DNA of 64,000 nucleotides from Takakia lepidozioides (Eukaryota; Plantae; Bryophyta): NCBI GenBank assembly GCA_030704615.1, contig CM060731.1, positions 73,036,001 to 73,100,000 of the forward strand, read 5' to 3'. Shown piece by piece: positions 60,720 to 64,000 of this stretch (position 1 is its first letter; each line of letters starts with the position of its first letter). The notes under the pieces were generated by a model. It saw only the letters and a program-made list of their open reading frames with translations, ran no database searches and was not told where the DNA came from. The position numbers and the translations under genes were made by a program.

Positions 60720-63222
60720 GGCAACTGTACGACCATCAAGGTGATTGCAACCTTTCCGATCCTGTGGAAATCAGTAATGTGGTGGCTTTTGGATTGGATG
60801 AGATGAAGGGAAGAGGGCTCCAACGGGAGGGCTCAGGTCTATCACAGTTCTTCTGGGCTTCAGAGGAAGAAGAGATGGAGTCTGCTCCGCATGACATGAG
60901 ACAGAAGTGGAAGCGAATGATGCAGAAGTGGAGTACAGTGGTTAGTCCTGTGGATGACGATGAAGTAGCTGGTGCTTCAGACAATGTGGAATCCAAGTGG
61001 CAGGACATGCCAATGGAAGTGTTGGTGCGCATTCTAGCATTGGTGGATAACCGCACTGTAATTGTGGCAAGTGGGGTCTGTATGGGCTGGAAAGAGTCCA
61101 TCCGAATGGGCATAGTGGAGCTTTCTCTTTCATGGTAAGCTGACTTGCGTTTTGGTCTAAGAGTTATGTCTTGTAATAAAAGAGAAAAAGAAAAACACTT
61201 CATAATTCCAAGAGAGGGCGAGAGAGACAAAGAAGAAGAGAAGAAGAGAGCCGCCAATTATATCCACCAAAGTAAAGGGCCTACGGGACAAAAAAAGTAA
61301 AACAACAAGAGAACCAAAAGACTGTCAAAAAACCAGAAAGACACAGAGATTAGACTGAGTCAGGGGGATATAAAAACAAGCAGGTGTGGACGAAGTGTGA
61401 GCAAATTGGTGCAGTCTGTGGCCCCAAAATTTTCATGCCTCCAGAGCTGCAACCTGCGACGCTGTTCCCTTTTGAATGACCAAGCAATTGAAGCAGTAGC
61501 TGCCAACTGGCATGATCTGAGGGCCCTTGACCTGACCAATGGCACACGCCTGACGGATCTTTCCTTGTATGCACTAGCAAATGGGTGCCCACATCTGGAG
61601 AAGCTGGATCTCAGTGGGTGCGTGCGCATCACTGAGGCAGGGCTCGTTCTTTTTGCACAGCATTGCCATCATCTGCGGCACCTCAATCTCTGTGGCTGCA
61701 ATAATGCGGGCTCAGATGCAGCATTGCTGGTACAGTGCACATGCTATTCCTCTTGAACTGCAACACTTTTGATGACCCTCTCTCTCTCTTTCCTTTTTCG
61801 GTCTCACTCTTTAGAGATCCCCCATCTTTAGCGGAGGCCTTCAGCTTTGAAGATCCAAAGTGCCTCACGGCTCAGATGTGAGGAAGTTGGACTTCAGGCA
61901 ACAGTTGATATATCCTCAAGTAGTTCTTGTTTCGTTCTACCCTGTTCCATGGGCCTTTATGGCCTTCTGTGGATGTTATGAAGTTTGTGTCTTCCCCTCT
62001 CTTTCATCCAGTGCATACAAGAATCACTCAAATCTCTAACATGGGTTAAGAAATGGGTTTCAAACACTCAAAGGTAGGTGGGGTACCCTTCTCCCAGGTC
62101 TTGTTGTTTTTGTACCTCAAAATCACTTGTGCTACATATTCCATGAACTTTCTCAAGAGGGGTGCACAGCACTGAAATCCTCAGCATCTCCCACTCTCAA
62201 GGTATTCAGCCCTAAGTTAATGAGGATTATATCTACAGCTTCTGAGATGAGAGTGGAGGGAGGCAAGTGGTTGCAATTATTGGCCTCCCTGGCCTAAGTC
62301 TTCATCTCACAAGAATTTGATCTGTGTGGGTGTCTTGGACTGAGAGCTCTGCTATCTGGGGGGCTGTAGGCGCTAGCACAGAATTGCAGTGGGCTACAGT
62401 CGCTGAATGTCGGATGGTGTGAAGACATTACGGACATGGGTGTTACTGCTCTGGCGCTCGGGTGCCCAGACTTGTGTGTCATCGACCTCTGTGGCTGCAT
62501 CCTAATCACAGGCCTGTCTCTCTATGCTCAGATTCCAGGACTTGAGATGACTGATAGAAAGCGAGGAAACAGATGGGTGAAGGGACAGAGGAGTGGGAAA
62601 GAGTGAGAGCTTAATGGAGTCCATTAATGGGAGTCCATTGATTTTTGCAGACAGGAGCGTGATTGTGCTGGCCAACACTTGCCAACGGCTGCGGGGCCTG
62701 GGCCTCCACTGCTGCCGCAACATTACTGACCTGGCTATGTACTCCCTTGCCAAGAGCAGTAGGTTCCACAACAAGGTGCAAAACTGTTTCAAGCATGAGG
62801 GCAGTCACAGCAACAACAATGTGGCAAGGGACCATCACTCGGGCAATGCAGGGCACTTCATATCTTCTTGCAGCACTTTCAGTCGCAGCAGCACGGATAG
62901 TTGTAGCAGCAGCAATGGAAGTTATCTTCCTGCCTTCTCAAAGGGGGCATTTGAAGTCCTCCAGGGGGACCCAAAGGGCTATGGCCTGGTATCGCTAAAT
63001 CTTAGTGGGTGTACAGCCTTGTCGGCCCTGGCTGTTCAGGCAGTGTGCGATGCATTTCCAGAGTTGCACACTTGTCCTGAGCGGCCCTCATTAGTTATAA
63101 GTGGGTGCCTTAATCTCACCTCGGTGCACTGCATTTGTGTGGTTGAGGCCCGTCGTGATCGGGCAAGTCGTGCTGCTTTTAAGGCCATGCAGTCATTTAA
63201 CCCCAAAAATCGCCCGTTGTGA
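60720..63222 (+). CDS. SKP2: F-box/LRR protein, SKP2A/B-like
   Basis: F-box WQDMPMEVLVRILALVDNRTVIVASGVCMGW, LRRs (HDLRALDL, LEKLDLSGC, LRHLNLCGC, LQSLNVGWC) and C-terminal VQAVCDAFPELHTCPER.SLVISGCLNLTSVHCIC. A 16-nt exon ATGGACTCCCGAGAAG at 58705-58720 would splice in frame and may supply the start. Confidence 0.93.
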
Positions 63223-64000
63223 AGTGCCTTTGCTCTCCCTCTCTTTCTCCTCTGTCTCTCTACCTTTCCCCCTCCTAGTTGAGTTGCACAGACTCCTGCT
63301 CTCTCCATTGCTTTCTGTCTCCGTTGTCCTCTTGTCAGATAAACATCTTCTGTATCTTAACATGTGCATTCATAAGGTCCTACACCAAGGAGCTGCTTCA
63401 AGAACCAGTTGCTTTCAGCTCAGAAACTCTTTTCAGCAATACGAAATATCAAGATGGAAGACTTGTGGGATGGGGGGTCAGTTAAGGTGTGTTGGACAGT
63501 CTGGTAGTTTTATAATCTACATCGACTTCCCATCATACCTCCCTTAATGTTCAGATCTTGTGTTGTCTGAAATCTTTCACCATTCAGGAACATCCTACAA
63601 GTGCTGTCTATTGCTGAGTTATGTATCCAAAATTTCCTCGTTCCTTTCTGCCTGTATCCTTCTCTGTATTGCCATGGCTTGCTCCTCACTCTTGTTTTGT
63701 GCTTTGAAGCGACCAGCTCCTCTTCTCCCCTCTCTCTCACTTGCCATCTCTTCTCCACACTATCTACACCCATGCCCACACAGCTACTGCAAGCAAGGTC
63801 AATTGAGAAAACAGAGTCACTAACTTATAACAGAGCAGAGGCCCAGGAGCCAGGGATTGCAAACTCCATCCCAACACACCCACTATTTCATCCGTGGAAC
63901 ACACGTCATCCACCCATGGACGAGAAGACGTACATCATCCATCTATTTTATTGTTCAATCCCGCGATTATCATCTATTTTGTTGTCATAATTCATCCACA

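Overview
Eukaryotic nuclear DNA from a land plant. Short GT-AG introns and many PLS-type PPR fragments suggest a non-seed plant such as a hornwort; that assignment is inference. The window has two halves. Positions 1-27 kb are a nested, rearranged transposon nest. It holds (i) a head-to-tail concatemer of three apparently intronless host mRNA copies (PsaG, RPL18a, OEP16), each starting in its own 5' UTR; (ii) a degenerate CACTA/En-Spm element with divergent genes, whose TnpA-like gene contains a complete FCP1/SCP(NIF)-type HAD phosphatase domain; (iii) a Ty3/gypsy element whose integrase ends in a PHD finger, split in RNase H by a CACTA insertion (CCG/CTG TSD) with the RT half now inverted; (iv) a 4.9 kb Pack-CACTA with a CCG TSD carrying PPR, PLPBP/YggS and SINE cargo; and (v) a fold-back hairpin made from LTR sequence. 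Positions 28-64 kb are ordinary gene space: a CYP72-clan P450 pseudogene, TOC34, a PAP28/29-type metallophosphoesterase, a CCX exchanger, a frameshifted PTAC5, a small SMIM4/UQCC5-like gene and a SKP2-like F-box/LRR gene. All family calls come from motif recognition by eye; no database searches were run.
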